A DNA stretch of 36,529 nucleotides, taken from assembly GCA_965205655.1 (NCBI GenBank), contig CBDBIJ010000126.1:1-36529 (forward strand), in the 5' to 3' direction. The notes under the pieces were generated by a model, which saw only the letters and a list, made by a program, of their open reading frames with translations, did no database searches and was not told where the DNA came from. Origin of the DNA: Candidatus Latescibacterota bacterium. Its GTDB lineage: Bacteria > Latescibacterota > UBA2968 > UBA8231. The translations under genes were made by a program, and so were the position numbers. Position 1 is the stretch's first letter, and every line of letters starts with the position of its first letter. Positions 1-8,862 of this stretch are shown here, piece by piece.

Positions 1-8
1 TGTTGCAC

Positions 9-924
9 ATGGCTCAGATGGGACGACCAGGATTGTCCGCGTCACAGAAGTCGGAGGTATGGCGTCGATGGAAGAGCGGCCAGTCGCATAGCGATATTGG
101 TCGGGGCGCTCGGGAAGCATCCGGCGTCGATTCATGGTGTCATCGCCGCCAATGGGGGTATCGTACCAATGCCGCGTCGACGCTCTCGATGGGCTCTTGG
201 CTGGGAAGAGCGTGAAGAGATCTCTTGAGGTATCGCTGCGGGAAAATCGATACGAATAGTTGCGGCCGCTGTTGAACGTGCACCCTCGACGGTTAGCCGA
301 GAGATTGCCCGCAATGGCGGGCGGCAGAAGTACCGAGCAAACGTCGCCGACCAAGCAGCCTGGACGCGCGCCAGCCGGCCGAAATGCTGCCGACTCGCAT
401 CCAATCTTCGTTTGCGGCGAGTCGTGGCGGACAAGCTACGCCTGAAGTGGTCACCTGAGCAGATATCGGGATGGCTGAAGCGGGAGTATGCGCTTTTAGG
501 AAATATGCAGATATCCCACGAAACGATCTATCGAACTCTCTTCATCCAGGCACGCGGGGCACTCAACAAGGACCTCATTGCGCATCTGCGGACGCGAAGG
601 ATGATGCGGCGATCCAAGAAGGCAAGCACACGCGATCAGCCGAGAGGCCGGATCGTCGACGCCGTATCCATCAGCGAGCGGCCTGCCGAGATCGAGGACC
701 GCGCCGTTCCCGGCCACTGGGAGGGAGACTTGATCTCGGGTTCGAACAACACGCACATCGCCACGTTGGTGGAGCGGCAGTCTCGGTTCACGATGCTCGT
801 GAAGCTCAATGGCAAAGACACCGAGACCGTTGTCAGAGCGCTGATCAGCCAGGTGAAACGACTCCCCTCCGCGGTGCGGTTGTCCCTTACCTGGGATCGA
901 GGAATGGAGCTAGCTCGGCACAAG
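9..924 (+). pseudogene. IS30 family transposase, degraded and 3'-truncated
   Basis: IS30 motifs WSPEQISG, ISHETIY, GHWEGDLI, TLVERQSRF, LTWDRGMELA. +1 frameshift in G4 at 103-106, in-frame TGA at 226-228 (probably CGA>TGA), and an abrupt switch to IS1380 sequence at 925. Confidence 0.93.
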
Positions 925-1764
925 CGTCGCACAGGTCGTGCACCTCCGGGGTGCTAAAGTGCGCGTCACCACGCAAGGTGATCTGCACCTGCGGCCAGGC
1001 CATGAGGATATGATCCAGAACGCGTCTGAGAATCGCCGCGGCCTCGCGGCCACGGATTCTACGACCGGGTCGCAGAATGGTGGTGATCAACTTGCCTGTC
1101 TCTGCTTCGTAGAGATGAACGGGCAGGTAGCAGTACTCGTCATAGTAAGCGTGAAACAACGACAGTTGCTGTGAACCGTGCGTGGCATCATCCGTGTCAT
1201 CAATGTCCAGGATGATCTTCTTCGGCGGCTTGTCGTAGGACTCGATGAATGTTTCCAGTAACGCGAGCCCGATTCGGTAGAGGTCCGTGCGGCTGATACT
1301 GTTCTCGAAACGAGACATGGTCGGTTGACTGGCCAGATCGGCTCCCGTCAGGGGGAGTCGATCGCATGCTGCCTTCAGAGCCGGATCTGAACGCAGGTCG
1401 TTGCTGTCATTGGCGTCCTCGTACCCGCAGACGATCTGGAAGACGCGCTGCTTGATGAGGTCGGTATAGGTATGGTCGATATAGCTTTGATGTCGGCGAT
1501 CACACAACGCCCTTACGATTCGGTCTACGATCCCTATCTTGGATTCCGCCTGCCGCAGGAGCAGGGCGCCCCCATCGCTGGTCGTCGTGCCGCCGTCAAA
1601 ATCGGCTTCGATCTTCCTGCCCGAGATGCTTGCAAAGGATAACGTGATCTGCGACCTTTCCATCGCGGTGTCCTCTCAAATGGTTGTTGTTTGTGTCCAA
1701 CCCTAACTTAGGGCAAAACAACCAGTTGTACAAGAGGTCACCGCATTTTTATGAATAATTCAGC
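925..1764 (-). mobile_element. IS1380 family element, partial (left end plus 5' part of transposase, ATG at 1663)
   Basis: Near-identical inverted copy of 32782-33621 (I saw about 4 substitutions). Left IR GCTGAATTATTCATAAA abuts CTAG 1765-1768. Identity stops at 925 with no right IR. Confidence 0.95.
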
Positions 1765-1916
1765 CTAGCAGCCCGTGGCTAAAGCCCCGTTTGGGAAGAT
1801 TTGGGGTGGCCTGAGATTCGTGGTGCGAGTTGCCGCCAATGGCGACGAAAATCGAGCAGTGCCCGAGAGTTGAACCACGGGCGGCGATGACCTGCCCCCA
1901 AGAGTGGTACCACATC

Positions 1917-2813
1917 CTATGTTAGTCCCAGCACCTGTGGAGGGCCGTGAAGGACGGGCATCCTCAGGAACCAGGGCGACGGCTTAATCGCCTCAGGGGC
2001 CGGGGGAAAGCCGCCGCAGGCGCTGTGGGGTCGGACGGTATTGTACTCGCGCCTCCATTGCTCGACCAGCACGGCCGCCTCCGCCAACGAGTAGAAGATC
2101 TCCCCGTTCAACAGCTCGTCCCTGAGCTTGCCGTTGAAGCTCTCGTTGTAGCCGTTCTCCCACGGGCTGCCCGGCTCGATAAAGAGCGTCTCGACGCCCA
2201 CGCGCCCCACCCACCGCCGCACGAGCTTCGCGGTGAACTCCGGTCCGTTGTCCGACCTCAGATACTCGGGAGGCCCGTGTCGGACGAACAGATCGGCCAG
2301 CACCTCGAGCACGTCGTGCGAGCGGATCTTGCGAGCCACCACGATCGCCAGGCACTCCCTCGTGTGCTCGTCCAGCACTGTCAGCAGCTTCAGCGCACGC
2401 CCGTCGTGCGTCCTCGAGGCCACGAAGTCGTACGACCAGACGTGGCCCCGATACAGCGGCCTCAGCCGGATGCACGATCCGTCGTTGAGCCACAGCCGAC
2501 CTCGCTTCGGCTGCCGCTCCGGGACCTTCAGCCCCTCCTGACTCCAGATCCGCTCCACCCGCTTGTGGTTCACCCCCCAGCCCTCGATGCGGAGCATGTC
2601 CGTGACGCGTCGGTAGCCGTAGCGGCCGAATCGACTCGCGAGTCGCACGATATCACCTCGGAGCGCCCCCTCGTCACTCGCCACTTTCCTCGCCCGGCGC
2701 TGGGTCGTGCGTGGCTGCCCGAGCACCCGGCACGCTCTCCTCTCCGACGCCCCGAGCTGCTGACGTACACGCACCACACAACGTCGTCGTCGCTCGGGGC
2801 TCAGAAGTTTCCC
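1917..2813 (-). CDS. IS3 family transposase OrfB (rve/DDE domain)
   Basis: RYGYRR, WSYDFV, DEHTRE, SDNGPEF, PGSPWENGYNESFNG, YNTVRPHS motifs. Frame entered by -1 shift from orfA. Confidence 0.92.
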   Translation of the reverse strand, partial: GKLLSPERRRRCVVRVRQQLGASERRACRVLGQPRTTQRRARKVASDEGALRGDIVRLASRFGRYGYRRVTDMLRIEGWGVNHKRVERIWSQEGLKVPERQPKRGRLWLNDGSCIRLRPLYRGHVWSYDFVASRTHDGRALKLLTVLDEHTRECLAIVVARKIRSHDVLEVLADLFVRHGPPEYLRSDNGPEFTAKLVRRWVGRVGVETLFIEPGSPWENGYNESFNGKLRDELLNGEIFYSLAEAAVLVEQWRREYNTVRPHSACGGFPPAPEAIKPSPWFLRMPVLHGPPQVLGLT

Positions 2814-3060
2814 TCGGCCGCTTCCTCCAGGATCAGCTTGTCCAGTGTCAAGTCCGCCACTGCTCGCTTCAGGCGCCCGTTCTCGCGCTCGAGCTCCTTC
2901 AGGCGCCGTGCCTGGCTCACCTTCATCCCGCCTCCACCGGTAGTACGGTGATGCCGAGCTCCCGGCTGATCAGCTTCACGGATTTGCCGCGGGCCAGACC
3001 GACCTCTGCCTCCCGCAGTGCAGTGATGATCTGCTCCGGAGTGTGTCGCTTCCTTCCCAT
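2801..3060 (-). pseudogene. IS3 family OrfA (HTH), broken by small deletions near 2925-2950
   Basis: ATG 3060 after GAGGAGG. MGRKRHTPEQII...RELGIT, YYRWR and GMKVSQARRLKELEREN...EGNF lie in three different frames. Confidence 0.85.
2807..2813 (-). promoter_or_regulatory. -1 programmed frameshift heptamer G GGA AAC (orfA/orfB junction)
   Basis: X XXY YYZ pattern just before the orfA stop, with orfB open in the -1 frame. Confidence 0.75.
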
Positions 3061-3130
3061 CCTGACCTCCTCGCTGAAAAGCTTCAGACCAGGTCGATCC
3101 TAACATTGCACCTGGTCTCGTTTCAGGGGG

Positions 3131-4441
3131 TCAGGTCAGCGACAAAGCGCGCCAAGGCGCGAAAACCTGAGTGATGAGAGACGAAATGAGGGAAAACGCC
3201 TTCCTCATACCCCTCGGAGTGCCCGCACCGAAGAGGGTGCGCATGAGGAGGCCGAAATTGCAGCCGCACACGTGAATGACGAGGCGTTTGAGGATGTTTT
3301 GTCGGCCCCGAAGAAACAGCCGTCGCATACCGCCGGTTTCGAACAGATGAGCATACGGGCGTTCGAGCAGCTCGCCGCGCTTACGCCGCAGCGCCTGCCC
3401 GCGGTTGCCGCGAATGCGTCGGCGATTGGCATACACCGCCTGTTGTGCTTCCGCTTTGTCCTTCCAATCTCGACGCCCGCGATCCGGTTCGGAAATGTAG
3501 CTGCGAATGGCACTGGCTTTGAGATCGACCAGCACCTCGTTGCTGTGATACCCCTTGTCGGTGACGACTTCCGACAACGGTTTGGGATGCAGATGCTTCC
3601 TGGCCTCGGGATCCTGCGACACGGCCTCCACGTTCAATTCGGTTCGCACCAGCATCCACGGCAGCGATTCGGTGTCGCCTTCATCGGCACTCGGCAGACT
3701 CACGGCGACGATCGCCTGGGTGTCCATGTCCACCGCCGTCTCCACCTTGTGCGCCAGATGGGTGCGACGATCCTTCGTTTTGGTAATGCGGGCATCCGGA
3801 TCGTGCGGGTGTTCCCAGTCCTTATTGGACGCTTTCTTCGGGCGCTTCTTGTCGATCCTGGCCAGATCCTCTCGCGTTGGCGTCTCGATGCCCGAGGCCT
3901 TGGCCAACTTCGTGAGAAACTCCTCGTAACTTTCGCCCGTGTCCCGGCGCACGATGCTGCGCATGGCGGCGTTGGCATCCAGCGTCGTGGCGTCGACGCC
4001 CAGCGTCTTCCCCTTCAGCAGGTTCGATGTGGCCAGCACCTTCAACACCCACTCGAAGACCTCATGATGCGTCTGGAAGTCGATCAGCCGGCGCGTGCGA
4101 GACACCGTCGAATGATCGGGCGTAGCCTTGTCGAGCTCGTAGCCGAGGAATGCCCGCAACGACAGCGAATCGGCGACGCGCCAGGCGATCTCACGCTCCG
4201 AGTCGATGCCCTCGAAATAGCCGATCATGAGCAGGCGGAAATAGACCCCGGGCGGGATGCCGGGCCGACCGACGCCCTCGGCGTAAAACGTCGTGCACCG
4301 CTCTTCCACAAACTCGTCGAATCCGTGCTTGTCCAGCACCTCATTCAATCTCTTGTAAAAAGGATGTCCCGGAGCCCTCAGGTGCTGCGTCGCCACCCAC
4401 AGCTGAGCTTGGCTCGCGCGCTTCCGTTTTCCCAACGCCAT
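3131..4441 (-). CDS. IS1182/IS5-like DDE transposase, C-terminus clipped by IS3 insertion
   Basis: GRPGIPP, GIDSEREI, PDHSTVSR, VDATTL, DKGY, ERPYAH motifs. Removing the IS3 restores a 473-aa ORF ending ...GALATGC at TAG 1765-1767. Confidence 0.88.
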   Translation of the reverse strand: MALGKRKRASQAQLWVATQHLRAPGHPFYKRLNEVLDKHGFDEFVEERCTTFYAEGVGRPGIPPGVYFRLLMIGYFEGIDSEREIAWRVADSLSLRAFLGYELDKATPDHSTVSRTRRLIDFQTHHEVFEWVLKVLATSNLLKGKTLGVDATTLDANAAMRSIVRRDTGESYEEFLTKLAKASGIETPTREDLARIDKKRPKKASNKDWEHPHDPDARITKTKDRRTHLAHKVETAVDMDTQAIVAVSLPSADEGDTESLPWMLVRTELNVEAVSQDPEARKHLHPKPLSEVVTDKGYHSNEVLVDLKASAIRSYISEPDRGRRDWKDKAEAQQAVYANRRRIRGNRGQALRRKRGELLERPYAHLFETGGMRRLFLRGRQNILKRLVIHVCGCNFGLLMRTLFGAGTPRGMRKAFSLISSLITQVFAPWRALSLT

Positions 4442-4622
4442 GACAGCATCTCCCCTGCAAGGTTGATGCTCAAAGGTAAGGAGAGGCTCCTCATCCGCGC
4501 CGCAAGAAAATCACCGACTTTCACCACATGCTGCTAGCATTCGATTGTGCTCCACTCCTTGACTCGAGTTGAACGACTGCGCTTACTTTGCCCGTCCTGT
4601 CAAAACAACAAGGTGGAATCTC

Positions 4623-5573
4623 ATGAGCTCACACAACTTCAAACTCTCCATGTACCTCACCGAACCGCAGTTGCCTTTCGAAGAATCTCTGGACCTTGCC
4701 ACCGAACTCGGGGTAAAATACATCTGGTACATGTGCAACGGCGAGGTGAGCGGTAGAGCAGAAGACAAGGCCCTCGTCGACATGAGTGATGCCGAGCTCG
4801 ACGAGATGCAGGCGAAGGTGAAGTCCCGGAACTTGCAGTTCTTTCTGCTTCTGAACAGACCCCACTTCAAGGGCATCCACCTGAACGAATTCGACCTCGA
4901 AAATATGGAGAAGCACCCGACCTTCAAGCGGGACTTCGACGAACTCGTGCGCACCATGGAGGTCGCTGGCTATCTGGGCGTTCCCGCCGTCAACATGTAT
5001 TCCTTTCTGTGGCCCGGCGAGCTCGCTGGCAAGCAGACCTGGCCGATGCGCTGGATGACCCGCGGTGGTATCATCTCGGACTTGGACATGGACAAACTGG
5101 CAAAGGCGTTTTCGCTCGTGATGGACCAGGCCGAGCGCCACAACGTCGATGTCGCCGTATCGATGATGCCGTGGAACTATACCAACACCACCGGCAACTT
5201 TCGCCGCGTCGCCGAGCGCGTCGGCTCCAGCCGCCTGAAGGTGATGTGGGGTCCGGCCGACAACACCAACTGTGGTGAATCGGACACGGCCACCGCCGGG
5301 TTTCATAACCTTCGACCGTATCTCTACGGCTTGCACATCAAGGACCTTCGCGTCAACGACGGCCTGAGCCTCGATTTCGAGTATTGCCCGTTTGGTGAAG
5401 GAGACACCGATTATCCGACCGTCTTCCGCAATCTGCGGGACCACGATTGCGACGTCTTCGTCTCGCTGGCGACCCATTTCCAACCACCCGGCGGCACCAA
5501 CGTGGATGCCATGCGCATCAACGCGGCCAATGTCAAAAAGCTGCTCGAGCAGGTTGAGGACGGCAGAGCCTGA
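4623..5573 (+). CDS. Xylose-isomerase-like (AP_endonuc_2) TIM barrel protein with degenerate metal site
   Basis: LHIKD, GEGDTDY and SLATH motifs in family spacing. ATG 4623 preferred over TTG 4569. Confidence 0.85.
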   Translation: MSSHNFKLSMYLTEPQLPFEESLDLATELGVKYIWYMCNGEVSGRAEDKALVDMSDAELDEMQAKVKSRNLQFFLLLNRPHFKGIHLNEFDLENMEKHPTFKRDFDELVRTMEVAGYLGVPAVNMYSFLWPGELAGKQTWPMRWMTRGGIISDLDMDKLAKAFSLVMDQAERHNVDVAVSMMPWNYTNTTGNFRRVAERVGSSRLKVMWGPADNTNCGESDTATAGFHNLRPYLYGLHIKDLRVNDGLSLDFEYCPFGEGDTDYPTVFRNLRDHDCDVFVSLATHFQPPGGTNVDAMRINAANVKKLLEQVEDGRA

Positions 5574-5618
5574 AATCAAATGAAACCAATCCGCGCGACG
5601 ACGGGGGTGGAATAGCTC

Positions 5619-6590
5619 ATGAACATCTGCATCATCGGCCACGGCATGATGGGGGTGTGGCACTCCGAGGCGATGCCGCCAGATATGCGGCACACTGTGG
5701 TCGGCCGCCGCGCCGAACCCACCGCGGAATTCGCCGAACAGTATGGCTACCAGAAGTGGACCACCGACCTCGAGGAGGCGTTGAGCGACACCGAGGTGGA
5801 CGCCGTTATCGTGGCGAATCCGAGCGAGCTACACGCAAGGACGGCGTTGCAGTCGCTGGCACACGGTAAGCCGACTCTTGTCGAGATCCCCATCGCCATG
5901 AACCTCGCAGACGCGCAGCGCGTGGTCGATGAGGCAGAGCGCCTGGACCTGCCTCTGGGTGTCGTGCACCCGATGCGGTTCCGGCGCGAGCGCACCGCCC
6001 TGCGGGAGCGCCTCTCTGCCGGCCAGGAACACATCCGCCACATTCACGGCAGGTTCTTCATTCACCGCCTGAAGAATGTGGGAGCCACCGGGTATCAGCG
6101 CAGCTGGGTGGACAACATCTTGTGGCACCACACGACCCATCTGCTCGACATGGGACTGTGGATGCTGGAGGTGGAGGGCTCACCCATTCGCTCGCTATAT
6201 GGATTCATGCCTGGCATCGACGCCAACACCGGGATCCCGATGGAGATCGTGATCGTGGTGGAGACCGAGGCCGATCAGACGTTGGTGTGTACCGGCTCCT
6301 ACTACTCTCGCGAGCGCAATTACGACACGCTCATCGTCAGTGACCGCGACTCGTACCGACTACAGATTCTGGAGAACACCCTGACCACCGCGGACGGTAC
6401 CCGGCAAATCGACACCGAGAAGGAGAACTGCTCGCTGTGCACGGTAGATTTCATCGATGCGCTGACCCACGGCCGGCCTCCGGCAGTACCAGGCCGCGCG
6501 GTACTGCCGGCCATGCGCGTGCTGCAGGAGGTTCAGGATCGTTGGGACAAAGTGCACGGTGCTCACGAGCTTCCCGGACGACCGCTATAG
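5619..6590 (+). CDS. Gfo/Idh/MocA oxidoreductase, LigC-like
   Basis: IIGHGMMG Rossmann motif, LVEIPIA, and RSWVDNILWHHTTH resembling LigC RSWTDHLLWHH. Confidence 0.88.
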   Translation: MNICIIGHGMMGVWHSEAMPPDMRHTVVGRRAEPTAEFAEQYGYQKWTTDLEEALSDTEVDAVIVANPSELHARTALQSLAHGKPTLVEIPIAMNLADAQRVVDEAERLDLPLGVVHPMRFRRERTALRERLSAGQEHIRHIHGRFFIHRLKNVGATGYQRSWVDNILWHHTTHLLDMGLWMLEVEGSPIRSLYGFMPGIDANTGIPMEIVIVVETEADQTLVCTGSYYSRERNYDTLIVSDRDSYRLQILENTLTTADGTRQIDTEKENCSLCTVDFIDALTHGRPPAVPGRAVLPAMRVLQEVQDRWDKVHGAHELPGRPL

Positions 6591-6656
6591 CCCCTGTTTC
6601 GGAATCTCAATTTCACCGGCTCTGATCGAGCTTGCTCCTGATAATGGAAACACAGC

Positions 6657-7475
6657 TTAGTCTGCCAGCGTTTCCCGGAGAAAGGCCACAGCGCGGGCCT
6701 CCCGGTCTTCGCCGGGCGATGGTGGTCCGAGGTGTTCCGGGCAGATCATGCCGGTGTAGCCAGAGTCCCGCAGCTTCCGAATGAGTCTGGCGACTTCGTA
6801 CTCGCCCTCGCCGGGAAACACTTCCTCGAAGCTCTCCCAGTTTCCGATCTGGTCGCGCAGGTGGGCGAAGTGAATGCGATTTTGGAAGTCATCGATAACC
6901 TGCGGCAGATCGTCCCCCGCAAGCCCACCGCCGGGACAGAAGGTGATGCCGATGTTCGGGGTTGGAATGTCGTCGCACATTTCCCGGTAGGTGCTGAACC
7001 CGTGAAACATGCCGGGCCGGCTGACCCAGGGGTGTGAGGCGATGTTGAAACCCGCGGCGGCGCAGTGGTCGCCAAGTTTCTGATAGAAGGTGGAGACGCG
7101 AGCGAACTGCTCTTGCCTCTCGGCTGAGTCTTCAGAGGCACCTGGAATGGCCCAGAAGAGCATCGTATCGACTCCCGCCTCTACGAGCATCTCGATGGTA
7201 CGGTAGAGGTCTTCTCGTTCCTTTTCTCCTTCCGCTTCGCCCAGAAACATTGCATCCGAGTAACGTGCGCCCAACACGCTTGGCACCTCGACATCGGCAC
7301 TTCGCAATTCGTCCAGAACACGATGCAGATGGTCAGTATCCGGGACTCCCTTCTCCTCAAATTCGTCAATCACATTGCAGTCCAGACAGACTCCATCCGC
7401 TCCAACTTCTCTGCACCGTTGAATCAGTTCTTCAGGAGACAGCTCTCGGTTTTGTGCATGTATGCCGATCTTCAT
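6657..7475 (-). CDS. TIM barrel sugar-acid dehydratase/isomerase, UxuA (mannonate dehydratase)-like
   Basis: ASHP, ITFCPG, IHFAHLRD, FEEVFPGEG and CPEH parallel UxuA-type motifs. Confidence 0.78.
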   Translation of the reverse strand: MKIGIHAQNRELSPEELIQRCREVGADGVCLDCNVIDEFEEKGVPDTDHLHRVLDELRSADVEVPSVLGARYSDAMFLGEAEGEKEREDLYRTIEMLVEAGVDTMLFWAIPGASEDSAERQEQFARVSTFYQKLGDHCAAAGFNIASHPWVSRPGMFHGFSTYREMCDDIPTPNIGITFCPGGGLAGDDLPQVIDDFQNRIHFAHLRDQIGNWESFEEVFPGEGEYEVARLIRKLRDSGYTGMICPEHLGPPSPGEDREARAVAFLRETLAD

Positions 7476-7611
7476 GACGTCGATCCTTTCGAGAGTACTC
7501 TTGGCAGGCAGGAGTTCACCAGTTTTCGTTGGTGCTATTATTCGCTACAGTATGATTGGTTACAGCATTTTTGGCCAGAATTGCTTGTTGACCCGCATTG
7601 GGTAGGGTGAC

Positions 7612-8796
7612 ATGACAGAGGCTGCGCAGGTACTGCGTCACATCGACGCCGAGGCGATCGCCCGGGACACGCTCGATTTTGTCTCGGTAAAAAGCGAGAC
7701 CGGACAGGAGGGTGAGGGCAGTCGGTTTCTCGCTGATCTCCTGCGACGCGAGGGATTCGACGTCACCGTCGAGGACGTGGAGCCAGGCCGGCCGAATGTC
7801 TACGCCCGCATCAAGGGTCGCGATCGACACACGGGCCAGACATTGCTGTTCAACGGTCACACCGACACGATTCCGGTGGGCGCCTGCCAGTCACCAGGTC
7901 GCGATGGAGATTTTATCCTCGGCCGTGGCACCGAGGATATGAAGGGAGGGCTAGTGGCCATGGTTCACGCCGCTGCCGCCTTGCGCCGGGCCGGCGTTGA
8001 GCTGGCCGGCGATCTCTGGCTCACAGGCGTCGTCGGCCACGAAGCACCTGTCGGCAAGAAAGAAGGGCCGAACCAGCTCATCGAGAAGCTCAAAGGTGGC
8101 GACATCGGAGCTGATGCCATCGTCATCGTCGAGGGCCCTTGCGCCATCTGGACGGCCAGTCGCGGAGCCACCATCTTCAACGTCACCATCTCCACCGACC
8201 GCGGCCCCATCCACACCATCAAAACGCGCTACAGCGAGAATCCCGTTTACTGGGCCGGCAAACTCCTCGTCGAATTCCAACGGCTCGAGGATGAGTTTGC
8301 CGCACTGCCTGCCCATCCCCTGTGCGGTCGCCAGCAACTCAATGTCGGCATCCTCCAGGGTGGAGATTACTTCAACCGACTCCCAACCTCCGTAACTATC
8401 ACCGGAACCCGGCGCTGGACACCCGGCATCTGCCTCGACGATGTGCGCCGTGAGTTCAGCAGCTTGTGCGCTGACTTCGCGAGTGCCTCCGGCCTGTCCT
8501 TCGAGGCCGACTTCGAAGGCTTTCGCGAACCCTTCCAAACAGCCGCCGACCACCCCGTTGTGCAGGCCCTGCAGACCGCCTGTAGGGAAACGGTGCAGCG
8601 CGACGCCGACATCGTCGGCATGGGTGTCGTCGGTGACGCCAACCTCTACTGCAATGACGCCGGCACGACGACGGTCTACTACGGGCCCGCCCACGAGACG
8701 GCCCACTCAGACCACGAGCGCGTCTCCGTCAGTCAGCTCGCCCACTGCGCCCAGGTCTACGCGCTGACCGCCGTCGACTTTTGCGAACGGGCCTAG
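7612..8796 (+). CDS. M20 family metallo-amidohydrolase (ArgE/DapE-like)
   Basis: GRPNVYA, LFNGHTDT, GRGTEDMKGG, VEG, YGP..AHSDHE motifs. Confidence 0.92.
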   Translation: MTEAAQVLRHIDAEAIARDTLDFVSVKSETGQEGEGSRFLADLLRREGFDVTVEDVEPGRPNVYARIKGRDRHTGQTLLFNGHTDTIPVGACQSPGRDGDFILGRGTEDMKGGLVAMVHAAAALRRAGVELAGDLWLTGVVGHEAPVGKKEGPNQLIEKLKGGDIGADAIVIVEGPCAIWTASRGATIFNVTISTDRGPIHTIKTRYSENPVYWAGKLLVEFQRLEDEFAALPAHPLCGRQQLNVGILQGGDYFNRLPTSVTITGTRRWTPGICLDDVRREFSSLCADFASASGLSFEADFEGFREPFQTAADHPVVQALQTACRETVQRDADIVGMGVVGDANLYCNDAGTTTVYYGPAHETAHSDHERVSVSQLAHCAQVYALTAVDFCERA

Positions 8797-8862
8797 TAAG
8801 TCGTCTCTCAGCCCGTTTGCTTGGCAGCGGGCCGGAGCCACGACGCTGCTATTGGAAATCTG

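Larger units (their letters stand above)
1888..3138 (-). mobile_element. IS3 family element (IS407-like, orfA/orfB frameshift type)
   Basis: TG...CA ends, IRs TGACCTGCCCCC / TGACCTGACCCC, 4-bp target duplication GCGA at 1884-1887 and 3139-3142. Confidence 0.93.
1769..4533 (-). mobile_element. IS1182/IS5-like (DUF772-type) element carrying a nested IS3
   Basis: Imperfect terminal IRs CAGCCCGTGGCTAAAG (1769) and CAGCATGTGGTGAAAG (rc, ending 4533), 12/16 identical. CTAG on both sides (1765-1768, 4534-4537). Confidence 0.88.

Noticed and set aside
7570..7590. TGGC...TTGC as a sigma54 promoter
   Set aside because: GG-to-GC spacing is 8 nt, not the required 10.
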